A stretch of DNA of 64,000 nucleotides, from positions 36,292 to 100,291 of the IMG/VR virus record IMGVR_UViG_3300025141_000042. One strand, written 5' to 3'. Positions 36,472 to 46,338 of the stretch are shown here, piece by piece (the stretch's first letter is position 1; the number at the start of each line of letters is the position of its first letter). Position numbers and translations under genes: made by a program. The notes below the pieces were generated by a model, which worked only from the letters and a program-made list of their open reading frames with translations, made no database searches and had not been told where the DNA came from. This DNA comes from a virus.

Positions 36472-37306
36472 GTTCTTCTCCTTGGGTTATTTTCGTTTGT
36501 GACAGAATATAGATGTAATTTTTTTCGTACTCAGACGGGTAGACACCATATCCGGCCCGCACTGAATCATCTTTCTGTCTCGTCCTGATCTTTATTTTTG
36601 ACAAAAGATCAACATCCTGTTCTATTTGCTTTTCATTGATAGAGAAATAATACCTCTTTTCCAGAGTATTGTCAAGAGAAAAGAACATCTGGTCGGTATT
36701 TTTTTCTATCTCCCCGATTCCTATGGTACATATCCTGCTTAGTTCGTCCTCTGGTGGGAGTGTAGAAATAGCAGGGTTGCTGTTCTCGCAGACCTTGAGC
36801 ATATGAAATGCTGACGTTATGATCCCGTTCAGCACTTCAAAATATCTTCCGATGGGAATATTACCAACTGTCTTTTGGATCTCGGAATTAGAAACAAGGT
36901 ATAGTCTCTCGAACAGACCAGATCGCGCATATTGCTGGAAGACGTTAAAAGTTACCCTATCCAACATGCGCGACTCTTTATTGGAGTCCTCCTCGTCTTG
37001 CTTAATATACAGAACTTCTGTTTTGTTCTTCTTCAGTGCTTCCAAGATCCTCAAGGATGCTGAAGATACTCTGCTTCCTCCAGCGACGACAAATAACACA
37101 TCCCCCTGTATCTTCCTCAGTTGGGTTAATACTCTTGCCGGAAACTTGCTTTCATGCTCTTCGATGGTCTCTCTTTTTGGGATTGTGAAGGAGCAGTCCT
37201 CCTTCTTGAGTCCTGTGTTTACCTTATACACCTTATATTGAGGATACTGAGAGAATCCCTCAACTATCTTGCACCCTGCCGTGCCAAGACCAATTACGTT
37301 AATCAT
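36464..37306 (-). CDS. FtsZ/tubulin-superfamily protein (divergent)
   Basis: INVIGLGTAGCKI (T1 loop), VNT, degenerate signature AGGSRVSS, LYLVSN, and helix YFEVLN..I in FtsZ order. Confidence 0.7.
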   Translation of the reverse strand: MINVIGLGTAGCKIVEGFSQYPQYKVYKVNTGLKKEDCSFTIPKRETIEEHESKFPARVLTQLRKIQGDVLFVVAGGSRVSSASLRILEALKKNKTEVLYIKQDEEDSNKESRMLDRVTFNVFQQYARSGLFERLYLVSNSEIQKTVGNIPIGRYFEVLNGIITSAFHMLKVCENSNPAISTLPPEDELSRICTIGIGEIEKNTDQMFFSLDNTLEKRYYFSINEKQIEQDVDLLSKIKIRTRQKDDSVRAGYGVYPSEYEKNYIYILSQTKITQGEEHG

Positions 37307-38487
37307 TTATTAATCTCCTTCATGCTTCCGAAATCTTTGCCTGCTTTAACATTGACCATAAAATCTCCAAAATTGTTCCGGGAAAAAATTTCTGCAATTT
37401 GCGAAACGAGGGCCGTTTCGTTTTTGTCCAAATCAAGCACAAAACTATCGTGGATGAGAAAAACAATCTTAGACTTCTTTCCCTCCAGAAGTTTCTTAAC
37501 CTTCAATACTTGCTTAAGCACAAGATCGTTAGTCGTACTCTGTATAATGTAGTTTAAGGCATAGTGCTCTTGCGCCTCTATTTGCCTTCCAAAGGGCGTT
37601 ATCACCTTTTCGCCATCCCAGTGCTGGTTTAGCACTTTCCTGCGATTGTAGACCCTATCAAGCGTTCTGTCGGTGCAATTAGGGTTGTATAACCAAGAGA
37701 AGACGCGCTTCTTCGCTTCTTCACGCGAAATGTTGTCAAATACATTGTGCATATTCCACTCGTGCACGTCCTCTTGTGGTTGTTCCACTCCGGCAAGTGC
37801 CAACAGCGTCCTGAGTTCTGCGGCATTATAATCAAACTCCACAAACAAATCATTGTTCGGTTTTAGGATGCCGCGATACGAGTGCTTCAGGTTCAGAATG
37901 GGGAAACTGTCCTCAGTAACAGTCAGGCGGCCAGTCTTGGTACCAAACTGATTATACTTGATGGTTTTCCTGGTTGCAACCCTCTTTAGAAGATTTCGAA
38001 CTGCGACCTGCTGTCGTATTGGGGTAAGCACCGAAAGGTCCATATTCAACACATTCGATTCGATGTCTCCGAACAGTTTCTCCAACTCCAGAGTGAACTC
38101 ATAAGATTCTGGTCTCTCATACTTCTTATATACCTCTTGCATTATCTCACAATTAACTTGAGAATATTCTCTGAGGAACCAATCGGGTATCATGTCATAA
38201 ATGCATACGTCTGACAGGCTTATCTTACTGCTCCGAATTACCTTTGCATATGCCTGCTTCTTTTCGCGAAGCGACACCATCTCGTCGTGCAAATGCGGAG
38301 GACAGAGTTCTGACAACTTGCGACCATTACAATACAGAGAAAGATACTCAGCACCGTCGATGTGATGGTGGTGCTTGTAATCCCAAGTTATAGACTTTTC
38401 TATGTTGCTGGGTAACTCTTCGTGGATGGCACCATCGTAGTAATAACCCAGGCATTCTTTTTTTGAATCAAGGATTGTAAAGAACAA
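37303..38487 (-). CDS. minimal family-A DNA polymerase
   Basis: TKTGRL, PILNL, motif A FDYNAAELR, motif B AKKRVFSWLY, TPFGR, NYIIQST, motif C IHDS. Confidence 0.85.
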   Translation of the reverse strand: MFFTILDSKKECLGYYYDGAIHEELPSNIEKSITWDYKHHHHIDGAEYLSLYCNGRKLSELCPPHLHDEMVSLREKKQAYAKVIRSSKISLSDVCIYDMIPDWFLREYSQVNCEIMQEVYKKYERPESYEFTLELEKLFGDIESNVLNMDLSVLTPIRQQVAVRNLLKRVATRKTIKYNQFGTKTGRLTVTEDSFPILNLKHSYRGILKPNNDLFVEFDYNAAELRTLLALAGVEQPQEDVHEWNMHNVFDNISREEAKKRVFSWLYNPNCTDRTLDRVYNRRKVLNQHWDGEKVITPFGRQIEAQEHYALNYIIQSTTNDLVLKQVLKVKKLLEGKKSKIVFLIHDSFVLDLDKNETALVSQIAEIFSRNNFGDFMVNVKAGKDFGSMKEINK

Positions 38488-38503
38488 CCTATCCTCTCTT
38501 TCT

Positions 38504-39712
38504 CTAAAACCTGAAGTTGCCTCTTCTGTACTTACCCAATGCCTTGTCTTCGCCCCATGGTCGTCTTACTTCTTTGTTGATATATTTGTGGGCGGCAGTG
38601 GCGTCTGAGTATTTGATAAACTGGGATGCTTTCTTGAAAACTTTCTTAAATTTATTTTGATCCCAGTCTCGATTTGTTTCCTTTGCTCGAATATAAATGT
38701 ACAGTTTTGTCCAGAGGTTATCGTTCGGAATCCAATTCGAATTGTATTCCTCCTCCGAAAGAGTAACACGGGTGTAAATCTTTGTCAAGTTGTTTTTCGT
38801 GTTTTTTCCAGGGAGGAGAGGAACGCTCACTTTGGGGAACTGGGTGACGAAAACATTATAGAACTCTCTCATGTAAAATTGGAGGTCTGTCATGTCCTTG
38901 AAACTCGCCTTCGCATATAATTTGTCTACCATGTTATCATAAGTTATATCGTATGCCGACATCTGAGCAGTCATCCCTTCAGACCCAGGTCTCGCGACCA
39001 GTCGCCACGGGGCATTCTTATCCACGTTGAAACCATGGTTGGCTGCTGCCTGTCGATATATTTCAAAGTGATTGTCGTTGTTGTAATTCGCAATTTTCTC
39101 AAGATCCTCGCCATGATCACTTTCGGCATCTATTTCTATTACCAAACCTGTGTGTGCTGGAGATGATAAATTGCTAAGTATATATTCGCTCATAGTGAAT
39201 GGTCGCAAGAGCGTAATCCTATCAATAAGTGCTGTAAATTGATTTACAAAATCCTCAAAATCCATAATCGTCGAGTTTACGTCGGGATTTGCCATGAAAG
39301 ACAACACGAAGTTATCATAAAAGGATCTCATGTATGTAAAGTAATCTTGCCTTGGGTCGCGCCAACCTCTTTGTGCATTCAGTCCGTTTGAGAGGAAACC
39401 TGGACCTACGGCATTGATGGAACCATTGGATAATTTTGCCTGTATATCCAATTTCATCGACACAAACGCATCGGACACAAAGTTTAAAGCATATACTTCT
39501 GCATCACCGAGAACTCTCTTTATAAATGCGGAGCCAGATGCCGGATAAATGGCATCCTGGTTTCTATCTATCCTCCCAAATAGGAGATGATCATACCAAT
39601 AATCTACATTAGCATGGTCAGACAGGCCCGTGGAATAATTTTTTATATATTCTCTTCTTTCGTTGTAAGAAGCACTGGCAGGAAGTTCATTTGATCCAAA
39701 ACTAAATTCCAT
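38504..39712 (-). CDS. baseplate-operon protein with degenerate M15 peptidase fold
   Basis: Last gene of the baseplate run; M15B landmarks in order but zinc ligands altered. Confidence 0.5.
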   Translation of the reverse strand: MEFSFGSNELPASASYNERREYIKNYSTGLSDHANVDYWYDHLLFGRIDRNQDAIYPASGSAFIKRVLGDAEVYALNFVSDAFVSMKLDIQAKLSNGSINAVGPGFLSNGLNAQRGWRDPRQDYFTYMRSFYDNFVLSFMANPDVNSTIMDFEDFVNQFTALIDRITLLRPFTMSEYILSNLSSPAHTGLVIEIDAESDHGEDLEKIANYNNDNHFEIYRQAAANHGFNVDKNAPWRLVARPGSEGMTAQMSAYDITYDNMVDKLYAKASFKDMTDLQFYMREFYNVFVTQFPKVSVPLLPGKNTKNNLTKIYTRVTLSEEEYNSNWIPNDNLWTKLYIYIRAKETNRDWDQNKFKKVFKKASQFIKYSDATAAHKYINKEVRRPWGEDKALGKYRRGNFRF

Positions 39713-42423
39713 TATGACTTATCCTCCTTCTCTAAGGGGGGCTCTCCGTTCACTTCTTTGGCTTCCACTTTTTGAGTCTGTAACTTATTTGCTTGGGCGG
39801 CCGCCAGGGCACTGTTGTTCTGTATACAAGTCAGTTCCGACGACAAAGTTCCGGGCGTGATTCTGGTTGACACGCTAATAAGGTTATAAAGACCTCCCAA
39901 CCCAAGTCTTTTCGTAATTGACTTTGCAGATTGGGCAGCACCTAAACCGACATAGGATGGGCGTAAGTACAGATATTGACCTGGATAAAAACCAGGATTT
40001 CCATAAATGGTGACATCAGCATCGTAAGGCATGCTCAAGATATTCACGGCATCCAAATATCCGGACTTTAATTGCTCCTGAAGATTTATCTCCTTCCTTC
40101 TGGAAGATGTCTGCCTAAAGTTTATATCTTTAACGATACCTGTTCTGCTTCCGACTGACAAATGGTAGATACCTCGATTTGCATCTTCTTCTTCGTTTTC
40201 GCCCACGTTGCCCACGATTGGTATTCTTGAACCATGGACAATAATGTGTTTCACTGGGAGTTCTCTATCTTCGATATTCTCTTTCCCTGCCAAACCACCT
40301 AGATTGACCTTTTCAATCGTCTCGCTCCAAGTTTTCGTGTCATCCAAGTCCGTTATGAGTCCATTCGTTCTATTTTCCCACAGTTTGTAACCTTCGCCGT
40401 CTATGCGCGTGATGATCATGCCGCCCTTTCTCTCCAACTGCTGCTTTACTTCGGAAGACTTGCGGCCGGCGACGAAAGAGTCCATTGCTGCAACAATCAA
40501 TTTCTCGACTGCCTTCTTGAGAAACTGGTCAAACGTCAAGACGGTACCGCTGTGCTTAATAACTACGTCTCGCATGAAAGAGTGGTAAAGACTATAGGAA
40601 ACTGGGAGTTGTGTCAGGTTAATGTTTATAGGTTGGGTTTCACTTATCCATTTCGCTCTGTCCACTTCGTATTCTTTTTCTGGCGGGTACTTCATGTATG
40701 TGAAGTTGCCCAAGACGACTTCTGCCAGTTGGGGAAGGTTAGAGTGCTTTCCCGCGACAGTCCAGAGAGCGGTTGCGGGTTTTTGAATCCTTAATTTATT
40801 CATGTTTGGACGGTTTTCAAGCGGTACTAGCGCATATGCTGCATAATTCAACAAGTCGCCCAGGAAAAAATAACCAACAGTGTGGTATCCCCACTTATCT
40901 TTGGTTGTGTCTAGATACCCTTCATCACTATCTTCTTGTGCCATTGCTGCTTGCGACTTTGAAAGTGCCTCTTTTGCCATGGCCGCGGAGATTACCTGGT
41001 CCGGCGCCTTTTTGCTACTAATAGGTTTCCAAATGCCTTTCCTATAATCGTCTTCGTCCACCGTTACACTAAACAGTCTCTTGTTTCTATAGAGGTATTC
41101 CATGAACCTACCATAATTACTAATTCTGTTATTCTTTACGGCCTTCTCGATTGAGAGTTCCAATTCACCAATCTTTGTCTGGATTGCCTTCTTTGCTTTT
41201 GATTTCTTGTCCTTCGAGTTCTTCTCCCACTTCTCGTACTTTCCCAGCTTCTCTCTAAGACCATCTATTTCCTCCCTCTCCTTTTCGGTTTGACCAAGCG
41301 TTAGAATATTTGCATCGATGTCGTCTGCTAGTTGCTCAGAGGCCGCTGTGAATCCTACTGATAATTCGGCACTACCGTCGTTACCAAAGGTGAAATTAGT
41401 GGTGATAGGATAGAGAGCCAGTACCATACGAGTGTTTTTTATTGCGTTTTTCAATTTTTGCTTGGTGTCGTCTAGTACGTTCTCCGAGAAGTCATAACCA
41501 TATTCGACATAGATTTCTGCCTTTCTCTCTTTTATTTGTTTCAGACGGATTCCGTCTGAAACAACCTGGGCTTCGAGTTCATCAAGGATATCGCTGATGG
41601 GATCCGATTCCGCGTCGATGAATGGGGCGTCATCGACCAGTTTATCCGATTTATCCGATTTAAAATCGTGGTTGAACAGCAGATCTGACCATCTCAACTC
41701 GCCTTCTGGGACTTTACTATCATCCATATCAGCAACCGACCTAAAGAATAAGACCAGATTGCCTTCAAAGTTTCTTGTTGCAGTAAAACTATTTGTCCCG
41801 GTCATCTTTATATCAAAACTCTTTAAACCTATTTCTGAATGGCCAGTGGCACCGTTGTACAAATAACCTTCCAGATCCACAGAACTCTTTGCAAACTTAA
41901 ATTCTCTTATTCTAGGTTTTCCGTCTTTCTTATCTGACTTGAAAAATCTAATGTATGGTACCAGACTGCTGATATCGGCAGAAGATGCTCCCATGAGACT
42001 CAGCATGTCTTTTTTCGTCGTAAGTTTATTTACTAAGTTCTCTTCCGTGTGGGCAATACATAGTCTCGGCATTTGATACGCCGCTGGTGCGTTCTTGAGG
42101 ATATCGTTGCTTAGATTTTGCAAAAGAAAATTCTGATCTGATTGCTGGTCAATCCCCTTCTTTGCTTGCTCTTTCTTTTTGCGCAGGCGGCCTTTCTTCT
42201 TCTTCTTCTTCTTCTTGAGTGTCGCGATCTGAAATTTCTGTATGCGAGGGTCTTTGGCAACCTCTACGTCTGTTCCCTCGTAGACCACTTTGTCTTCTTG
42301 AGTTTTTTCCCAGTGCTCTCGAAACGTGGGAAGTTCTTCGATTTCTTTTTGTTTTAGTTCTTCTCCGACATTAATTTTTAGCGGCGCAGTTGCAGGTTTT
42401 CCTTTGCTTTCTTCCTCAGACAT
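39712..42423 (-). CDS. baseplate hub protein (gp27/late-control-D-like C-terminus)
   Basis: C-terminal VTIYGNPGFYPGQYL...GGLYNLISVSTRI; follows the LysM-like wedge gene. Confidence 0.6.
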   Translation of the reverse strand: MSEEESKGKPATAPLKINVGEELKQKEIEELPTFREHWEKTQEDKVVYEGTDVEVAKDPRIQKFQIATLKKKKKKKKGRLRKKKEQAKKGIDQQSDQNFLLQNLSNDILKNAPAAYQMPRLCIAHTEENLVNKLTTKKDMLSLMGASSADISSLVPYIRFFKSDKKDGKPRIREFKFAKSSVDLEGYLYNGATGHSEIGLKSFDIKMTGTNSFTATRNFEGNLVLFFRSVADMDDSKVPEGELRWSDLLFNHDFKSDKSDKLVDDAPFIDAESDPISDILDELEAQVVSDGIRLKQIKERKAEIYVEYGYDFSENVLDDTKQKLKNAIKNTRMVLALYPITTNFTFGNDGSAELSVGFTAASEQLADDIDANILTLGQTEKEREEIDGLREKLGKYEKWEKNSKDKKSKAKKAIQTKIGELELSIEKAVKNNRISNYGRFMEYLYRNKRLFSVTVDEDDYRKGIWKPISSKKAPDQVISAAMAKEALSKSQAAMAQEDSDEGYLDTTKDKWGYHTVGYFFLGDLLNYAAYALVPLENRPNMNKLRIQKPATALWTVAGKHSNLPQLAEVVLGNFTYMKYPPEKEYEVDRAKWISETQPININLTQLPVSYSLYHSFMRDVVIKHSGTVLTFDQFLKKAVEKLIVAAMDSFVAGRKSSEVKQQLERKGGMIITRIDGEGYKLWENRTNGLITDLDDTKTWSETIEKVNLGGLAGKENIEDRELPVKHIIVHGSRIPIVGNVGENEEEDANRGIYHLSVGSRTGIVKDINFRQTSSRRKEINLQEQLKSGYLDAVNILSMPYDADVTIYGNPGFYPGQYLYLRPSYVGLGAAQSAKSITKRLGLGGLYNLISVSTRITPGTLSSELTCIQNNSALAAAQANKLQTQKVEAKEVNGEPPLEKEDKS

Positions 42424-42770
42424 TACGAAGACCTCCTCATATAGATCGACATTGCACGTTCAAACGGGAGAGGGATCTCTATCGTGCTTCCGACTTCTAC
42501 GTGTGCCTCCGTTGGGGTCTGGTTATACCAAGCAATCAGCCACCAGTAGGTTGGATCTCCGTAATACTGATCTGCTAATTTATAGAACCTACTTCCGACT
42601 CTCCATACCACAGTATCACTATCGAGGAATGCCTTTTCGGATGGAGAAGGATAACTTATGTTCGCAGTCTTATACTGTCTTATGAACTGAATGCCCCTCT
42701 TCTTGAAGAGACTCTTATATTGTTCTGAGGAGTTTCTTCCTATTTTTCTGTTATCGTATCTGGATGTCAT
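42423..42770 (-). CDS. LysM-like baseplate wedge protein (gp53/tail X-like)
   Basis: GSRFYKLADQYYGDPTYWWLIAWYN...GSTIEIP. Confidence 0.8.
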   Translation of the reverse strand: MTSRYDNRKIGRNSSEQYKSLFKKRGIQFIRQYKTANISYPSPSEKAFLDSDTVVWRVGSRFYKLADQYYGDPTYWWLIAWYNQTPTEAHVEVGSTIEIPLPFERAMSIYMRRSS

Positions 42771-42781
42771 GAACTCAACTC

Positions 42782-43879
42782 CTAAAAAATATCAATATCC
42801 AAAAAATCGCCGTTTAGAATTGCTCCCAGGTTTTGACTTGCTTTCGGTGATAAAAGTTTGTTTGCCTGAATTCTCGCTCTCTCGAATGCCAAAGATTGCT
42901 GTAGTACCAATGCACTGCGGATTCCCTGCTCGGCAGGTTTTAATCTCTCCGTCATGATGACGTTGGATTCTTTATTGCCTGCATTATCCGTGCGGTCTTG
43001 TGCCGCCTGTCGGTTGCCCTCTGCTTCGAGAGCGGCAATAAACTGTTCTGATTCGAAATACTCACTTGGCATATCTTCTCGTGCGGTCGCAAGGGGCGAC
43101 TCGTTTGCGTCGGGTTGTTCACCAGCATGGGGGAACGATTTTTCTCCGCCTTGATCACCTACCTTTGCGGACTGGAACTCACCATCTTTCCACCCGATAA
43201 AATCGTCATTTGCTTGTTCGTGGATAATGGTGAGTTCGAGATCGATGTTTATTGTCTGTGGGTAAAAGACGCCAGGTTTCGGATCGAAAAACCCATCATC
43301 AATACTTGGGTTGTATTTAAAACCCGCAATCGTACATGCAAGTCCGTCTTCGGATGCATCAGATGTGGCGCCGGGGGAGATATCGAGGCCGGGCCTACAG
43401 ATGAGGTTGCCCATTTTTATTTTAAAGAGTGGTCCGGACTTTAGTTGGGTTGCGCTTCCACCTGCTCCATACTCAGGATACATCATTGAAGCAAATCTAT
43501 TTGACTTATCCAAATTTGCTTTTGCTTCTCTGATGTTTGATGAGACTAGATCGAATGCTAAGTTGATTTTTCGCTCTGTGCTCTGAAATGTTTGTATTGG
43601 GTCTGTTCGACCCAACACCTGTTCTTTGTTGTAAGACGTTATGAAGTTATCAGCAAAGTCTGTCAAGAATGCCTTAAAATAGATCGATGTTTTTGAGATA
43701 AGATGATAGATCTGGATATAGTATCCTTTCTCCAGTGCCAACTTCGTTGATGGATCGTTGTAGTGAAAAGCATCTCTATTCACGCCGAAATCTTGCACAT
43801 TGGCAGCAGGTCCAACCTCTCCATAGGAAAGTTCCTTTCTTAACTCATCAACTGTCTTTTGCTTTGGTTTTTCAGCCAT
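42782..43879 (-). CDS. tail tube initiator / baseplate-tube junction protein
   Basis: FKAFLTDFAD...GRTDP..TF..TERKI.LAF...P..I.IDL; follows the tape measure gene. Confidence 0.65.
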   Translation of the reverse strand: MAEKPKQKTVDELRKELSYGEVGPAANVQDFGVNRDAFHYNDPSTKLALEKGYYIQIYHLISKTSIYFKAFLTDFADNFITSYNKEQVLGRTDPIQTFQSTERKINLAFDLVSSNIREAKANLDKSNRFASMMYPEYGAGGSATQLKSGPLFKIKMGNLICRPGLDISPGATSDASEDGLACTIAGFKYNPSIDDGFFDPKPGVFYPQTINIDLELTIIHEQANDDFIGWKDGEFQSAKVGDQGGEKSFPHAGEQPDANESPLATAREDMPSEYFESEQFIAALEAEGNRQAAQDRTDNAGNKESNVIMTERLKPAEQGIRSALVLQQSLAFERARIQANKLLSPKASQNLGAILNGDFLDIDIF

Positions 43880-43896
43880 CTCTCATTTCCCTCACT

Positions 43897-46338
43897 CTAT
43901 GCTGTTTTCTTAACCATGCTATTATTAATCGATTTCCACAAAACATCATGCACTGGCGAGTTCTCGCCAACGATATCGTCAAATGTAAACTTAAATTCCA
44001 CCTTCGATGGTTCACTATTTTTCTTCATCTCTTCGATAAAAGCAGTTGCTATTTGCTTGCCAATTCCTTTTGCCTGATCATCTGCTTTTGCTTCATCTTT
44101 CTTCGTTTGCTTTTTGGCAGGCGGGATAAGTGATGCAGTTGGTGCTCCTGCTGCCCTTAATTCGGGAACTCCTCTCGGTGCTGGAGACTTCTGCTTTGCT
44201 CCTGCTTGCTTCTTAAGGCGCTCCTTAACCCAAGCTTCGCGTTTGAGTTGCAACTCCTTCGCCTTCCTATTCAGGATAAAATCGGGACTGGGCTTGTATC
44301 GGCCGGTGCGCTCATCGGTCATGGGGCCCATATCGATATTTGCTTTCTTGAGCATGCTAATCGTATCGCCCTTTGTCGTCTGCGCCTCGTGGGCAGCGAC
44401 GCCCGTGTCGATGGCGCCGTCTACAATTCTATAGACCCCATATGCCCCTGCCGCTACGAGGGCGGCGGCAGCAATCGGTGCTGCGGCAGCTGCAAGACCG
44501 CCCCCCAAGGCAGCGCCCGCGCCGGCAGTTGCGGCGGCGCCCCCGGTGGCCGCGGTGATGGCGCTGCCGACCGCGAGTCGTGTGAGAAATGCTGATAGCA
44601 GCATGCCGCCGATCTTGAGACCTGCCAGGGAGATGGCGATTTTCTCTACAGAATTTTCGGATTGGCCAATCCACCCGAAAAACTTCGCCGCATACTTGAC
44701 GACCTTGGCCATGCCGAGGGCGAGGTCCGTGACGAATCCATCGTTGTCTCGGAGGAATTTCCCAAGGCCTTCCACGAGGAGTCTTATCTCTTCCCGCAGG
44801 TCTTCGTTGTCAAAAATACTCTGGAACATAATCTGGATTCGCTCCATGAAAGAGAGTGTCCTGCCCAACACCCTATTGTATCTCTCTTGCCTCCTTTCCT
44901 CTTTCTTTGCTTTTGCTTCTGCTGCCTTGGCCTCTTTGCTTTGGAAACCCATCAGTTTCTGAAAACCACCGACCTTCATCTTGAGGGTTTCGGCAAAAGC
45001 TTTCTGCTCAGAATAACTCATCGTCTCGATTGACTTGCCTTGGGCACGAAGAGTTTCGACAACATGTTTCTGTACTGCTTCTGGACCCTTCTCTGTCTGT
45101 AGATAGAACATTTCCATGCTGTCAAAAACAGGTCCGCCCAAATAAGCATTAAGTTGACTAACTGCCCTAGTGGCACCCTCGAAAGTATCGAACTGCTCGC
45201 CCAGAGAGACAACCTCTGCTATCTCTAGTCCAGATGCCTTTGCTCCAGCAGCGATTTCCCGAAACTTCTTGCCGATCCTAGGTCCATAAAGGGCCATTTG
45301 ACCAGAGAACTCCCGAAATGTTGCAGTTGCTTCGGCGGCGGTAAGACCTAAATCTTGCGCACTACTCACCACGCCGGTAAACATCCTCTCTGCATCTTTC
45401 GCAGATACGCCGAGGGCCTTTCCCATAAATTCGACATGCTTACCGAGATCTTGGGCACTGCCACCCAGTCTCTCTATTCGCCCTGCTGTCCTCTGGAGGG
45501 ATCTCCTGGCAGGATCTTGTAGGTCCATGAACCCTCTAAAACTGCTGGTCAGTCCGATTGCTGCCTGGGATGCCTCCGCGTAGTTTACGCCAGATGCCAA
45601 ATCCATTCCGTCAGCAATATTGATATTGAGCATCCCTGTTGCTTTGGCAAAGTTTGCCTGTGCAGCACTGGATTTCTCCAACATCTCCATAGTTACTTGG
45701 AAAATCTTAGACATTGCTGACGTCGCAATATTAGTGAGACTGAACATGTCGGTAAAAGAAGTGGCAGCTGTTTTGATGGAGCTGGCGATATTCTTGGCAA
45801 ACTGACCTGCATTTTTCAGAGATCGTTCCCACTTAACATTGTGTAGGAGGGCACGACCAATATTCTTCGCTGTCACCCTGGTAGCGGACCTGGTTATCAA
45901 CATCCTGCTGGCAATACTTTCGAATATGCTGTCTGTGCTTTTTGCCAGTTCGACCTGTGTTTCTGCAATTTTTGCAGATTCTTTTTCACTCTTTATTTTC
46001 TTATCGAGGAGATCGATCTGGTTTTTAATACTCTGTTTTTCGTCATCGCTGAGTTTCTTGTTGGTCTCGATTTCCCATAAGAGGGCGGCCTTTTCTGCTT
46101 CGCGGGCAGCTGCTTCTGCTGCATGCAATTGTTGTCGCTGAGATAGGAGTTCAGTGCCAGTGGAGAGCATCTGGTTACCCCAACTAGCGTATTCCTTCTT
46201 AATATCGACGATGGAGTCTTGGAGTTCTTTTGCCTGGGTTCCCAGGGCAGCCAACCTCTCAGTTGTATCTTTTATGTCTTTTGCCTGGGTTCCCAGGGCA
46301 GCCAACCTCTCAGTTGTATCTTTTATGTCTTCTGCCAT
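43897..46338 (-). CDS. tape measure protein
   Basis: 813 aa Ala/Gly-rich helical protein downstream of tube and chaperones; hydrophobic C-terminal stretch. Confidence 0.8.
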   Translation of the reverse strand: MAEDIKDTTERLAALGTQAKDIKDTTERLAALGTQAKELQDSIVDIKKEYASWGNQMLSTGTELLSQRQQLHAAEAAAREAEKAALLWEIETNKKLSDDEKQSIKNQIDLLDKKIKSEKESAKIAETQVELAKSTDSIFESIASRMLITRSATRVTAKNIGRALLHNVKWERSLKNAGQFAKNIASSIKTAATSFTDMFSLTNIATSAMSKIFQVTMEMLEKSSAAQANFAKATGMLNINIADGMDLASGVNYAEASQAAIGLTSSFRGFMDLQDPARRSLQRTAGRIERLGGSAQDLGKHVEFMGKALGVSAKDAERMFTGVVSSAQDLGLTAAEATATFREFSGQMALYGPRIGKKFREIAAGAKASGLEIAEVVSLGEQFDTFEGATRAVSQLNAYLGGPVFDSMEMFYLQTEKGPEAVQKHVVETLRAQGKSIETMSYSEQKAFAETLKMKVGGFQKLMGFQSKEAKAAEAKAKKEERRQERYNRVLGRTLSFMERIQIMFQSIFDNEDLREEIRLLVEGLGKFLRDNDGFVTDLALGMAKVVKYAAKFFGWIGQSENSVEKIAISLAGLKIGGMLLSAFLTRLAVGSAITAATGGAAATAGAGAALGGGLAAAAAPIAAAALVAAGAYGVYRIVDGAIDTGVAAHEAQTTKGDTISMLKKANIDMGPMTDERTGRYKPSPDFILNRKAKELQLKREAWVKERLKKQAGAKQKSPAPRGVPELRAAGAPTASLIPPAKKQTKKDEAKADDQAKGIGKQIATAFIEEMKKNSEPSKVEFKFTFDDIVGENSPVHDVLWKSINNSMVKKTA
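46226..46331. repeat. perfect 51-bp tandem duplication at the 5' end of the tape measure gene
   Basis: ttgcctgggttcccagggcagccaacctctcagttgtatcttttatgtctt x2. Confidence 0.95.

Noticed and set aside
36464-37306. Phage-nucleus (chimallin/PhuZ) system
   Set aside because: No chimallin-like or multisubunit RNAP gene in the window; sigma70 promoters imply use of host RNAP; the tubulin signature is degenerate.
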